Notes: generated from the sequence alone by a model not told the origin. DNA of 64,000 nucleotides from the human T2T-CHM13v2.0 reference genome, Homo sapiens (GCF_009914755.1 NC_060937.1); one strand, 5' to 3'; positions 25,804-42,061 are shown, numbered from the stretch's first letter. Numbers and translations: made by a program.

Positions 25804-26924
25804 CAGTTTTTTGATATTGTGAAAAACGCTGCATGAATATCCTTTATTCATTTGACCATTGTATACCATATTGGGTCTAAAACTGTTGCTAAAATTTAGT
25901 TTAATTTCTCAGCTGTTTAAGAGTTTTAAAAGAAAATAGTTTGCTGTAGAGAAAAGTATACACAAAAAAGTTACGACTATCCTAAAGAATTCATATATCT
26001 AAGTATGTCTAAGAAAAGAATACAGAAGACATGAATGGGTAGACTATAATTCATCTAATTATTGGATACTTAAATTTTTTTCTAGTTTTTGTTTTGTTAA
26101 ACATCTTTAAATCTTTGTGGATATTCTTAGGAAAAGTCAGTGGATCTGTGGAGAATCTTCATTTGGGAACTTCCCAGCCCCAGTTTTTTTTTTTTTTTAA
26201 TCACCAGAGACCCACCTTCCTCTTTAGGAATCTCACTAATCTGTTACTATTACTGTACTGATCTCAGATATTCCCCATATCATTCCAGAGTGAGCACAGA
26301 ACTGCCCTTTAATTTTCTGTGGCAAAGCTGAAATTAAGCTGTAATGTTTAAACAGAACTTTATTAAAGTTGGTTAGTAATACAAGGGAATTACAACACAG
26401 GGAATCTTATAGGTGACTGACTACATCTTCTCCACAGCACTCTTCACAGAGGGTCTTTTTAGCCATGCTTCACATATTGGGATGTGTTGGCAAGTGTACT
26501 GAGATGAGACAACTGCAGGTAGACTTGACATACATTACTGAAATGTCATTTTTAATTAAAGATTTGAATTAGATATAGCAAGGAGATAAGTTATGCAAAA
26601 TTTGCTTGAATAATAAGGATCTAAATAATTTTATTATTGGAGTGAACAAAAATGAATTATAATGAGTCAATTAAAAGATATTGTAATATGCATTCTAATA
26701 AGAGAATGTTATTTAGAAAAAAATATTCGAAGGCATAATTTTAGGTGTTTTGTTTTTTTATGAGGAGAGATGTGGTACATAGGACTTGGAGTATGGATAG
26801 ATTTCTTACTCATCTACTAGAGCTGCTACAATGATCAGTACCTAATCTGCTCTCAAGATTGGCTAGGTGTTTGATATTTCATCGTTCCCTTTTATGTGTA
26901 AAAATTTAAATATTCTTCTCCCAG

Positions 26925-27018
26925 GTTTGATTTTTGCCAAGCATCAGAAGGAAAGCGCCCATCTGAAAATCTTGGTCAGGTACTATTCGGGGAAAGAATT
27001 GAACCTTCACCATATAAG
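26925..27018 (+). CDS. TM9SF2: TM9SF2 exon 3, 94 nt
   Basis: ctcccag|G; FDFCQASEGKRPSENLGQVLFGERIEPSPYK (conserved SENLG.VL.G.RI motif); AAG|gtttgt. Confidence 0.96.
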
Positions 27019-27458
27019 GTTTGTATTTAGTGTTACATAATAATTATTTACTTACAGCTTTTGTTTTTGTTATTTAAGAAAAGCCTGAGATAACTCAGCT
27101 ATCATTGCTAAGGAGGAGTTCATTTCTCTTTTTCATCTAGGAATAGGTTCTTAAAATCAAAGTTAGAAGGATCCTTCTCCTTCTCACAGTGTGTCATTGA
27201 TAAGTCTGTCTTAATGAACATTCACGCAACTAATGTTAGGAATGTTAAGACGGTGGCTTAAAGGGCAGGGCTCAGATGCTCTGCCTCCTTTACAGAGGGT
27301 CCTGAAACCCGGGTCCTGGAACCCAGCTTCCAGTCATGAGAGGTTGTCTCAGCTGCTCTGTGTCTCTTTCCCCCTGTTTTCCAGCAGTATCTAGAGACAC
27401 TCTCCGTTAGCACGTACAATGCTGCCTGGGCTCCCGCACTGGGATTTTTGGAAGCTAA

Positions 27459-27758
<300 letters not shown>

Positions 27759-28589
27759 TAACCTTTCTATTTTGATGTATTTGGAACATCTTTGGTACAT
27801 TTTTCGAACACCAGTTAAACCAAACTAAGCACAATATAAGGTATTCTTTTCAACATATGTACTTCATCATCTCTCAGAATTCTTTTGCCTTTAAATCTGT
27901 TATCTTTTAAGCCTATTATCCTTCCACATTGCATAATCCCTGTTTGTTTTGTATCTGTTCTCCTACTGTACAAAGAACAATGGTCTTTTGCTTTTAGAAA
28001 CATTAAAGTAGTTTATTATAATAATGTATCACCATATAAAAAAATTAAATGATGCAAAAGAATAAATAATAATAAATGTGCAGTTCCACTTCACAGTTTG
28101 TTATTAAAATTTCCTGAAAATTTTCATACACCTATAAGCTTACATTAAATAGATTAGATTTACTTATTTGTTTTAACATACTATATGCCACACTTTGCAT
28201 TTTTCCTTTAACTCTCTACCATGGGCATCTGTCCACATGAGAATGTGTGTTCTGATGGCTCTAACTTGACTCCAGGTGTTATTCCCCAGCCCGACAGCTT
28301 CCTCTCCTGGCTTCGCGTCTCTGCTATGTCTTAGACCTCATCCATAGCCACCTTCCCTGCTTTCTCACGAGGCACCCCCATCTCCCTCGACATTTTATTA
28401 CATGGAGCACAACATTTATTATCTGTCCAGCAAATCCCGAAGCCTAGATTCATCTCACCAACCGTCTTACTCCCTCCAGCACCTGCACCTACACTGTGAA
28501 GCCCTGGGGGAAAAGAAACATCACTGTGCAAATTTAATCCACTACAAGTTGATTGGTTTTGACTGTAAATATATCCTCTTCAAATATTC

Positions 28590-29228
<639 letters not shown>

Positions 29229-30059
29229 TGAAATTGTCTACCCTAAAATTGCCAGTAACTTTTAAAGTTTCCTAAACACAGTAGATTCAAAGGCCTAATG
29301 GGATGAAGTCATTGAGGAGGAAGGAACTCAAAGTGTATGGACATGGGTGCCATTGAGCAGGGCAGGCATGTAACTTGCGAAACACCTCTTCCCTCTTGGG
29401 ATATTTGGAAGATTACTTTGAATGGTATTGCATTCTTCTTATAGCAGATGACTGTTTTCAGGCATGCTTTTTAAATTTTACAATCTTAAATATTCCAGCA
29501 GCCTCTCAGCCCCATCTCTCTACTTATGTCTTGCCCTTGAGAAATGATGGGTGGGAAGAATATCAGTAATGCCCTTAGTGAACTGGGAAGACAGCAGGAG
29601 TCCCTAGCAGGAAACAGAAGGAAACCCAGCAAAATACTCAAACCCTTGGGGAGGTGTTGCCCTTTGGGGCAGACTTTGAAGGCAGGTTACTCCCCTTAGT
29701 AGGATGTCATTGGGCACATTTCTGTTTCTGTGCAAGGACTGTTCCTTGCTCATACACAGGACCCTTTTTGGGGCCTAGTGCTTTTCAGATTTAATCCTTT
29801 GTTGTAGAAGTTGAGGTTAAATATAATAAAAGGAGAGCTTTAGAATGGAGAAATTGTGTACCCAACATTTTCCCTGAGTCTTCTGGAATGTTTCAGGATC
29901 CATATCTGTACTAAAACAAATTCTCTAAGCCCCAAACTTAAAGGGACAGAGCAGGCACATTTTAAGGCCAAGGTGTAAGCCAGCCATAAATGTATTGACC
30001 AACATTTTTCATTTCACTATTGATTCTTTATTTTCAAGGATTTTTATCTTTATGTATGT

Positions 30060-30339
30060 ATTTATTTATTTCTTTTTTGAGTCTCACGCTGTGGCCTGGG
30101 CTGGGCCACGGCTCACTGCAGCCTTGAACTCCCAGGCTCAATAAATCCTCTCACCTCAGCCTCCTGAGTAGCTGGAACTACAGATATGCCCACCATGCCC
30201 AGGTAATTTTTTTATTTTTTGGAGAGACAGGGTCTCACTATGTTGCCCAGGCTGGTCTTGAACTCCTGGGCTCAAGCAATCCTCCTGCCTTAGCCACCCA
30301 AAGTTCTGGGATTATAGGTGTGAACCACTACACCCAGCT
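30060..30339 (-). mobile_element. Alu (J-type)
   Basis: Diverged antisense dimer. Confidence 0.9.
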
Positions 30340-31621
30340 TTATCTTATTTTAGATCTGCTGTAAAAACTGAGGTAACAACCAGCAACAAAATAAAATCCC
30401 AGTCTGCTTTGTCGTCTTTTATATTTGACTTCTGTTTAGGTCAGGAAAACAACAGTGCAAGACATTGTGTGTATTATGTGAAGCTGGAACCACATTTCAT
30501 AGGACCATAAAATCTCATCTCAGATCTAAGCACTCATATTCATTCACTCAGTTAACACATTTGCTCAGTACCTTTCATGTGCCAGGCACTGTGATGGGAT
30601 ACAGCAGTGAGCAAAACAAAAATCTCTGTCCTCATGGATCTTTTATGCTGATGGGGAAAAGGAGACAAAATAAATTACCAGAATATATGTTTCAATTACT
30701 GAGGAAAGAACTATTGAAAATAAATCTGTGAAGGTGTGTGGGGAATTTCTAATTTTAAATAGGCTTACTGCAAAGGTGGATTTAAAATCTTAAAAAAGCC
30801 TTACCGAGAAGGTGACATTTGAGCAGAAGACCTGAAGCAAGTAAGGGAGTGAGCCATGTGAATATGTGGGGGAGGTGTTCTAGCTGAAGAGAGGCCCCAA
30901 GGTGTGTAACTTGAGCAGGTGAGCAAGATAGAGCATAGTAGGCAGTGGGCACAGAGAAGTAACAGGACCACATTATAGAATGACTCAGAGGCCACTGTGA
31001 GGATTGGCCTTTACATCTGAGCAAGATGGTTAGTTAACACTGGAGGGTTTTGAGTAGGCTTCGATTTTACCAGGGTCACCCTGGCTGCTGTACTGAGAAT
31101 GGACCGTGGGGGTGCGAGGGGAGAAGCCAGGAGACCAGTAGGAGGCCTTCTCCCTCATCTAAATATGATCTGACTTGGGAAGGGTGAGGGGGTGGTGAAG
31201 AGGTCAGAATCTGTGAATCTGGCTGTGTTTTGAAGGTGGCCGACAGAATTTGCCAAGGGATGGGATGTGGAGTGTGGAGTTTCTATTTTCTAAGATGGGG
31301 CAGTCTGTGGGAAGAGCCAGGTTGGGGGATGGGGAAGAGTTAGTTTTGGATGTGGTAAGTGAGAGGTGTTTATTAGGTGTCCAAGCAGAGATGCTGAATA
31401 AACAGCCAAATATATGCTTTTGGAGTTTGGAGAAGGGCTTCATCCTGGATATACACAGTATATATTTGAGAATCATCAGTGTATAGATGGTATTTACAGC
31501 CACAGAATTGAAGAGATCCCCAAGGGAGTGGGTATAGATGAAGAAGACAAGATTCGAAGAGGCACAGGACTCTCCCCATCCTCCTGACCTATAAAATCAG
31601 GTGCCCCAAGGGCTCCTGGTA

Positions 31622-31737
31622 TTGTATTTTTAGTAGAAACAGGGTTTTACCATGTTGGTCAGGCTGGTCTCGAACTCCTGACCTTAAGAGATCCGCCCCC
31701 TCTCAGCCTCCCAAAGTGCTGGAATTACAGGCGTGAG
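31622..31737 (-). mobile_element. Isolated Alu left-arm fragment inside a 45-bp inverted repeat
   Basis: No tail or TSD; flanked by inverted repeats at 31568-31612 and 31745-31789. Confidence 0.9.
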
Positions 31738-32124
31738 GCTCAGACCCTTGGGGCACCTGGTTTTATAGGTCGGGAGGATGGGGAGAGTCTAGCAAAGGAC
31801 ACTGAGAAGGAGCCACTGATGAGAAAGAAGGGTAACGGAGAATGTGGTCCCCAGAGGCCAAGGCAAGAAAGTGTTTCTAGGAGGAGGGATTGGTTGATTT
31901 GTCACTGATGGGTCAGGTGAGATAAGGACAGAGGATTGACCTTGGGTTTAGCCTTCAATGTTGAGGTCATTGATGTGAAAGCAGCCGTGATAGAATAGCC
32001 AGGTGGAGAGAGAATGGAAAGAGCATTTGCAGGTGGACACATCTACAACTGTCTTGAGGACTTTTATTTTACTGGCAGTGAGAAAAAGAGTGGAAACTGG
32101 AGGATGGCGTGGTTCAAAGAGGAC

Positions 32125-32744
<620 letters not shown>

Positions 32745-34137
32745 AGGAGGACTTGTGATAGATCTTTAAGCAAGGTGTGTATGTGGATGAGTGTGATCAG
32801 TAGATACGGGAAAAGTGATGATTTAGGAGAGGGAAGGATTGCCGTGGGTGTCCTTGCTCTGGCAAGAAGGGATGGGACCTAGTGTACTGTTGGAGAGGTT
32901 GGCCTCAGTGAGCTCGTTCATCCGTGGTAACTGGAGGGAAGGCAGAGACATGGGGCATGATGCTGGGAGGTAAATGTGGCAATTGCTCCTGATTCCTCAG
33001 TGAAGTAGGCAGCATGGCCACCCCACCTGTGAGTGAGGAGGGAGGCAGCAGCCAAGTAGGATCCAGGAGAGCTAATAGAGCAGGAGTGTGGAACGGCTGC
33101 TAGGCTGCATCAGGGACCCTCTGGCCAGCTGGTGGTTTGAAGTAACAGCAGCCAGCGTGCTTAATTGTGTATCTCCAGCTATTTCCAGCTGTGCTGCTGA
33201 GTTGGATTTAACCAGGTTTGTGGTTTTAACAAGTGAATACCAAAAAAGTGAGAGAAGAACACAGGATGTGAGGACATCTTTGGATGTTATGAAAGATGGA
33301 GATACTGTTGAGCTTGGAGTTTGAGCTTGCACAGGGGGCATGTGAGGCCACAAAAGGAGTAAGAGACAGTGAAAAGACTGTAGGATCTGTCGATTTAAGT
33401 GGAGTCCAGGGCTTGTTGGAGGTGATGAACATTTGAGCCAGTGAGTTGGAACAACGGGAGGAGGTGGTTTGACACTGGGAAGCTTGAAATGGAGATAATG
33501 GCTGGGACTGCTGTCATTGATAAAGGCAGGGTGGAATGCGACCAGAGGAGGGAGTGCTTTGAAATTGGATGAAGACCAGAGTCGCTGGAGGAGAGGGCAG
33601 AGGATCAAAAGGTCATTGTTTTGGAAGGATCGTTGATATAGATGTAATCACCAAGAATCAGGAGCGAGGAGGAGTGTTGCAGTGACAGTGAGCCAGGAGC
33701 TGAGGGCCAGTGACCTGGGGTTGGTAGATGACAAGAACAGGAAGGAGTAGGGGCGGTGTGGTCTGATCACATGGGAGTCAAAGCTAGAGGTTTCTGGAGG
33801 AGGGAGAATGGTCTGGCCCAGCGCTGGGGCCTATGAGAGAAAACAGGCACCACCAGCAAGACTCCAGTGAGGCAGCATCCGTCAGGGACAGCCAGGTTTT
33901 CATCAGAACAGGCTCCAGAAAACATTCTGAGAAGAGGTTGAGGAACTAGAGGGTGTTCTGCTGGTGACACATGAGTTTCAGGGCATAGTGGAAGGGATTA
34001 AGCAGTTGAGGGGGGATACATTTTGGGATTCAAATGTGGGAATGGAAGGATGACATGGAAATCCTGGACTTCTGGTGGTGACTAATATTCAGAGGGTAGA
34101 GGGCATAATGGGATTAGTCCTGCCCATTAGTCCTAGT

Positions 34138-34513
34138 GGGTAGTAGTCCGTTCTGACGCTGCTGTGAAGAAATACCAGAGGCTGGGTAACTTATAAAGAA
34201 AAGTGGTTTAATTGACTCACAGTTCCATATGGCTGGGGAGGCCTCAGGAAAACAATCATGGCAGAAGGGGAGGCAACCATGTCCTTCTTCATGTGGCGGC
34301 AGAAAAGAGAAGTGCAGAGTGAATCGGAGAAAGCCCCTTATAAAACCATCAGATCTTGTGAGAGCTCACTCACTATCACAAGAACAGCGTGGGGTACCGC
34401 CCCCCATGATCTAATCACCTCCCACGAGGTCCCTCCCCCAACACGTGGGGATTACAATTCAGATCACAATTGGAGATAAGATTTGGGTGGGGACACTGAG
34501 CCAAACCACATCA
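34138..34513 (-). mobile_element. THE1-type MaLR solo LTR
   Basis: TAGTCCGTTCT..GCTGCT.TGAAGAAATACC...AGATTTGGGTGGGGACAC.GAGCCAAACCACATCA. Confidence 0.88.
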
Positions 34514-36356
34514 ATCCTGATGGTCTCAGGCTGCATGGAGGAGAAGTCTTGCCAGAAGTGTGCAGCCTTATATGATTTCCCTCAGATATGGACTTTGATA
34601 TAATTTTTCTGCTATTTGCTAAAAGCTGGTGGTGAGATACATAACAATAACTGTTATTTAGTGAATACCTATTTTCATCAGTCAGCATGCTAGGTGTTTT
34701 GCACACACGTTTCTGTATTTAATCCAACAACCCTGCAAGGCAGTTACTGCGCCCATTTTACACATAAGTTAACTGAAGCTGAGGCAGGGTTACGCAGCTT
34801 TCCCTGGTCTCCTAACAAGATGGAGTTGACTCGTACCCAGGTCTGACTCTAGATTGATATTTTGATTTTCAGAATTATTCCAAGGAGAAGGTTAAATCCT
34901 CACTGAAATAATTTAGGAAAAATTATAATCCCACGTTTTCCCGAATAGAAACAGAACAGTGCTGTGCTTGCGTGTTATAAGGAGGATTTGTTTCCCTTGG
35001 GAGCTAAGAATATTTAAAAATCCTTAGCAAAACATAAATAAAATACAATTCCATCCATAACCAAACATGATTTAAAATATTATAAAATTCCCAACTAAAC
35101 ACATGACAGGGAGAGGCTGCAGGGTGTTGTGCTGAAGAGCATGTTCTCCGGAGCTCAACTCACTTGGCTCAGATCCTGGCTATGCCGATGCTCAGTTGTG
35201 TGACTTGGTGCTCCAGTTTTCTCATCTGTAAAAGATGAATAAGGGTTGTTTGGAGGATTACATGAGGCTTGATATATACAAAGTACATGGAACATAGGAA
35301 GCACTAAACAGATGTTACCTATTACTACATTAATGTCACCTTAGTCTTGCTATTTCCTTCACAATTGAACACACAGGTTGACTCACCTAATGAAGTGAGC
35401 ACTGGATTGAGGTGTCAGATTTGCCATTTTGGTGTAATATTGTCTCTCTGCTTAACTTATTTTAAGTTTGGTGTCTGTGCTTCTGATTTCTTAGTGTGTA
35501 TACTTTTTTGTTTTTCCATTTTCCACTTTTTAAGAATGAATCTTTAAGGTTCATATAAGGTTTAAAATATCAACTAGTGGTACAGATATGGCTGTATTGG
35601 AAATAGCAATGCAGACAGAATGAAAACATTGGCTGACAGGTGGCAGCAGTGGACTATGCTTAAACATTCACTTAGCTGCTTCACTGCACCTGCTTTAGGG
35701 ATGTTAATAAATACATACATACAAAAGAGTGGGCTGCTTAGAAGTGAACCATGCCATTTTTTTAATCACCTTATGTAATAAAGTTTGAATTTATTAAAAG
35801 ATGGAATTATGGCTGGTTGTATAGCTGGTAAATTTCAGCCTTCTGGAGTCATGTTTAGCCTGATTTTAGACATCTGAATGTCACATGCTCTCTTGTTCAC
35901 TGCTGAATCTCTATCACCTGACACTTAAGGAGGGCACTTAACATCTGTTGATTATTTGAACATAAAAATTTGTCTGCTTGTTACTAGAAAGCCATTAACT
36001 CCAGAATTCCTAAGACATGACCATGGGATATTACTAGGAGAGACTAAAGTTCCATTTTTGTTCTACATGGGATTTTTTTTTCTCTTCTAGAACTTATTTA
36101 CATTTAAAAGGTAAGTCGATTGAAATTACCAAAAAGAACGTATCAAAGGAAAACTTGATGACGAGTCTTTAGAGAAACACAGTAGGATTAAAATTTAAAT
36201 CTGATTGAGCTATGAGGAATTTAAAAATTTATTTATTACCAATATTAATGCACTTAAGTAATTTAATGGGACCAGCACTTTTACTCTATTTGTGATATTG
36301 GTATGAAAAACCTGGATATTTTTTCTGAATTTGCTTTCCACTTCCTTTTAATACAG

Positions 36357-36484
36357 TTTACGTTTAATAAGAAGGAGACCTGTAAGCTTGTTTGTACAAA
36401 AACATACCATACAGAGAAAGCTGAAGACAAACAAAAGTTAGAATTCTTGAAAAAAAGCATGTTATTGAATTATCAACATCACTG
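36357..36484 (+). CDS. TM9SF2: TM9SF2 exon 4, 128 nt
   Basis: atacag|TTT; FTFNKKETCKLVCTKTYHTEKAEDKQKLEFLKKSMLLNYQHH(W); TG|gtaagg. Confidence 0.96.
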
Positions 36485-36761
36485 GTAAGGCATGAATATT
36501 TTCGATTTTGGGGTTTATCCTTTCCATATGAAATCTTTGTTGCTTTGACTATATAAATTACTTGATTGTGTAAAATATAGCAAATTAATTGATTTCCTTT
36601 TTTTTGTTACTAGTGGTCGTAGCTTGAAGTAGTGACTCTTAGTTAAAGATGACAACATCATTTAAAGTATCATCTTTTAACTGTGTTTAGATTACTGTAA
36701 TATCTGGTACTTCTTTTGATACATAGATCTGGTACATAGAGTAGTTATTTTTATTCACATA

Positions 36762-37447
<686 letters not shown>

Positions 37448-37752
37448 AATAGTTAACAGTAGCATATTATGCTTTGGGGAAAAGGACCTGGGTCAGTCTT
37501 CTAGTGAAAACATTGTTTTATACTTGTGGGCTATGAAAAAAATCACAGGAAAACAAAACTTAACTTTTGTTTGATAAATAGCATCAACTTCAAATAAAAC
37601 GCTTACATTTTGCTTAGCCTTTCATTTTGTAAACATGACATAACATTAACAAATTCTGTACCAGTTTGTATCAGAATCAAAAAGTATTTAAAACTGTCCT
37701 GTTTTTCCTTCCAAAGTAGTATATACTTATTATACAATATTCAAACATAGAA

Positions 37753-38066
<314 letters not shown>

Positions 38067-38917
38067 TAAAGACTTTCAAAATCCAACATTTGAAGTATAA
38101 CCATTGCTATTCTTCTGAGTAATTTTGCTTGGAAATGCCTATATTCTGTGGGGATCATAGTTTACATATGTTTTGCCTTTTCTAGAAAGTGTAAGATGCT
38201 TTCAGTGGCGAACAGGAGGACTGTGTTCATGCACTTCCTTTTGGATATTTGTCCTGTCAGTATATTAGATCACATTGTTTGCTCACGCCAATAAGGTTAG
38301 GAACCGTGGATCTCAGCTGAGACCTGACCAGATCCTGTGGCCTCGCATTCCCTCCTACCCCTTAGTTTTCCTCCTCCTCCACCCCACCCAACCCCCATAT
38401 GCATAGAACCCTGGGTTGCTGAGTCCTGTGCACAGCCATGAGCTAGTTTGTGATGGGAAGGATTCATTCTGACTGACCAGACCTGGGTAACATCTACCTG
38501 AACCCCATAAGAATGGGTTCTGTGTAGGCTAGTGGGGCTCTGTTGGAAGGAGGGAGATGGTGCTGTTAGAAACCTGCCTGTTATGCTTGTGTCAGCTTCT
38601 TTGTCATCTGACCCTCAGTGCAAATAGGAACTTTAAAGACTCCTTTGTCTCCCCATTTCTTTCATTTCTGGTAAACGAAGAGCTTGTTTCCCCTAAACTA
38701 CCATAGAAATACTGCTTATTTGCTAGATCAATGCATATCAATTGCATATCAACCTGGGATATGTTTACTTATTGTTAAGTAATTGAAATTTCCTTGTTGT
38801 TTTTCTTTGTAATCTTCAAAATAATATTTAAGCCTCAGTTCTTATCTTCTCATATTAGCCCTATCCACCTGCGTTTACTGCAATAGCTATCAGTTTGTTG
38901 ACTGACTGAAAGAATGA

Positions 38918-39239
<322 letters not shown>

Positions 39240-39297
39240 TTGTGGGTGATTTTTTAGCTCTTTCTTCTACCCTCTGTGCTTAGAATACTGTTTAGTC

Positions 39298-39503
39298 AGC
39301 CCGGCACCGTGGCTCATGCCTATAATCCCAGCATTTTGGGAGGCCAAGGCAGGCAGATCACCTGAGGCCAGGAGTTCGAGACCAGCCTGGCCAACATGGC
39401 GAAACCCCATCTCTACTAAAAATACAAAAATTAGCCAGGTGTGGTGGCAGGCGCCTGTAATCCCAGCTACTCGGGAGGCTGAGGCAGGAGAATTGCTTGA
39501 ACC
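39298..39503 (+). mobile_element. 3'-truncated, tailless Alu
   Basis: Stops at TTGCTTGAACC; 16-bp TSD AGAATACTGTTTAGTC at 39282 and 39506. Confidence 0.9.
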
Positions 39504-40544
39504 AAAGAATACTGTTTAGTCTTGCTCCTGAAGGTAGTAGAAGCAGTTCTTCAGTAGCCTCCTGACAGGAAAGTACTTAGAGATATTTTTAACTAATTTA
39601 TGATGCAGTTAACAAAGATTTCATTATAATGCCAAGATGCTTAATAACAAGAAAGAATAAATACAGTAGTGTACAAACTAAGCAAGCATCAGACAGTAAA
39701 ATTTACTGAATGATTTGTAATCAGCATATCAATTGCAAACTTCAACTATTCTGCTTTAAAAAAATTACCTGAGAAAGTGCTGGTAAATAATGATTTTGCA
39801 GTTGAATCAGAAAAGTTGATGATTTTAAGTGTAACCCTTAAATCAGTTCAGTATACATTTGGAAAATGTTGATTCACATTGATGAATTTATTGAAACCAT
39901 TATTTGAGTATATTCTGTCCATGACCTATTTCAGAGAGATTTTACTGTATAACTTGATTTTAAGCATAGACAGTAGAGTTGACACATAAAATACCATGTA
40001 CCCATGGGAATTTACAGTATTCTGTTAGGGAGTTTGTGAATATAGCACATTTTATTTTATACTTTGCACTAAGACATACTAGGGAGAGCATAATCATTTT
40101 CTAAATCATAAAGCAATACATGCCGATGAGAAAACACAAGCAGTACAAGAAAATATTAAGTAAAAGTAAGTCTTCTGTCAGTCTCAGCCTCATTTCTATT
40201 CTACAGAACTAACACTATTATTTCTCATGTGTGTTTCTATATTTACTATGCATATGGAGGTATAGAAAAGGGTGTGTCCCTTTTTAAAATAATGCAACTA
40301 AAATATTGTACACGTTATTCTGCAACTTGCTCATTTTATTTAAGAAAATATTATGGACTTTTTTCAGGTCAAGTAACATTGTAAATCTATAACCTCCTCC
40401 GTCTTTTCCATAATTTCATAATTCACTGCATGAATCAATCATAATTTCTCACCCATGACATTGGAACCGTGCTGTAGTTTATTATTCTCACTATAAAGAA
40501 CAGTTAATAATAGTTTCTTATATAAATTGACGAATACTTTTTAT

Positions 40545-40858
40545 TTTTTTATTTGTTGTTGTTGTTGAGACAGAGTCTCGCTCTGTCTCCCAGGCTGGAG
40601 TGCAGTGGCACAGTCTCGACTCACTGCAACCTCAGCCTCCTGGGTTCAAGTGATTCTCCTGCCTCTGCCTCCACCTCCGCCTCCTGAGTAGCTGGGACTG
40701 CAGGTGCCCGCCACCACGCCTGGCTAATTTTTGTATTTTTAGTAGAGACGGGATTTCACTATGTTGGCCAGGCTGCTCTCGAACTCCTGACCTCTTGATC
40801 TACCCACCTTGGCCTCCCAAAGTGCTGGGATTACAGGCGCGAGCCACCGCTCCCGGCC
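40545..40858 (-). mobile_element. Alu (S-type)
   Basis: Antisense dimer, (GTT)n tail, TSD ATACTTTTT. Confidence 0.92.
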
Positions 40859-41297
40859 ATACTTTTTATTCTTATTTGGGGCTTTAGCACATAATTTGAG
40901 GATCTTTTTGGCTTACTCTGTCAGTAGCTGCTAAGCTATTTTGTGATTCCTGAAACTATTGCTTTGATACCAGCACTGGACACTTAAAACTCTCTTCAGC
41001 TGTGCTCTGTGTGGTTTGTGATTATACTTCTTGCCTGAATTTCCAAATCTTGATGACATTTTATTTATAAAAATATAATTAACTAGTTATCAGAGTACTT
41101 ACCATTTCTTAGTATCATAGAACCACTGGACTATAGCTTATTGAATTATAAAGGGGTCTTGAAGATACTTTAGTGAGTTCCAATCCCAGATCCCACCAAG
41201 TTAGCAAAGGAGAATGATGTGCTGTTTTCAAAAATTCAAAATCCTAATGAATACTCCAAATGTACTCATGTTAAAACTACATAGAAATGCCAACTGT

Positions 41298-41390
41298 GGG
41301 CTACCCTCTTTGGGTCACCTCCCTTTGTATGGGAGCTCTGTTTTCACTCTATTAAATCTTGCAACTGCAAAAAAAAGAAAAGAAAAAAAA
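41298..41390 (+). mobile_element. 5'-truncated HERV-W (LTR17 R-region) processed retrocopy with poly(A)
   Basis: GGCTACCCTCTTTGGGTCACCTCCCTTTGTATGGGAGCTCTGTTTTCACTCTATTAAATCTTGCAACTGCA, then A-tail; TSD AAATGCCAACT. Confidence 0.82.
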
Positions 41391-41696
41391 ATGCCAACTT
41401 GTTAAATGCCAACTTTCTTTGCTTTGGGCTGTAATTTTCTGAGTGCATTGTGACAATATGGGTTATTCTGATTAGAAACTTTTGGAATTAATTTATTGGA
41501 AAAACAAGTAGTTACTAAGTGAAGCTTGATTGGTAGAACTGTTTCAAATGGAGTCCTTGGAGAGCAGACAGAAGTAAAGGAAAGGAGTTCTTCATGATAA
41601 AAAGTTGGGAGTCATTCAGCCTTTATCCTTGCGAGTCTTCTTCCCATTATTCAGTCTGTCAGATTGGAAATAAGAGTTTTAATTTTTTTGATATTA

Positions 41697-42061
<365 letters not shown>

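Noticed and set aside
26977-26985. Internal donor CAG|GTACTA in exon 3 (would delete 13 codons in frame)
   Set aside because: Weak site that removes a family-conserved motif; no supporting evidence.
27355-27390. Acceptor-like CCCCTGTTTTCCAGCAG in intron 3
   Set aside because: No convincing downstream donor; such pseudo-acceptors are common.
33072-33608. 178-aa minus-strand ORF
   Set aside because: Lies in degraded L2-like sequence, non-ATG start, S/P/L-rich composition.
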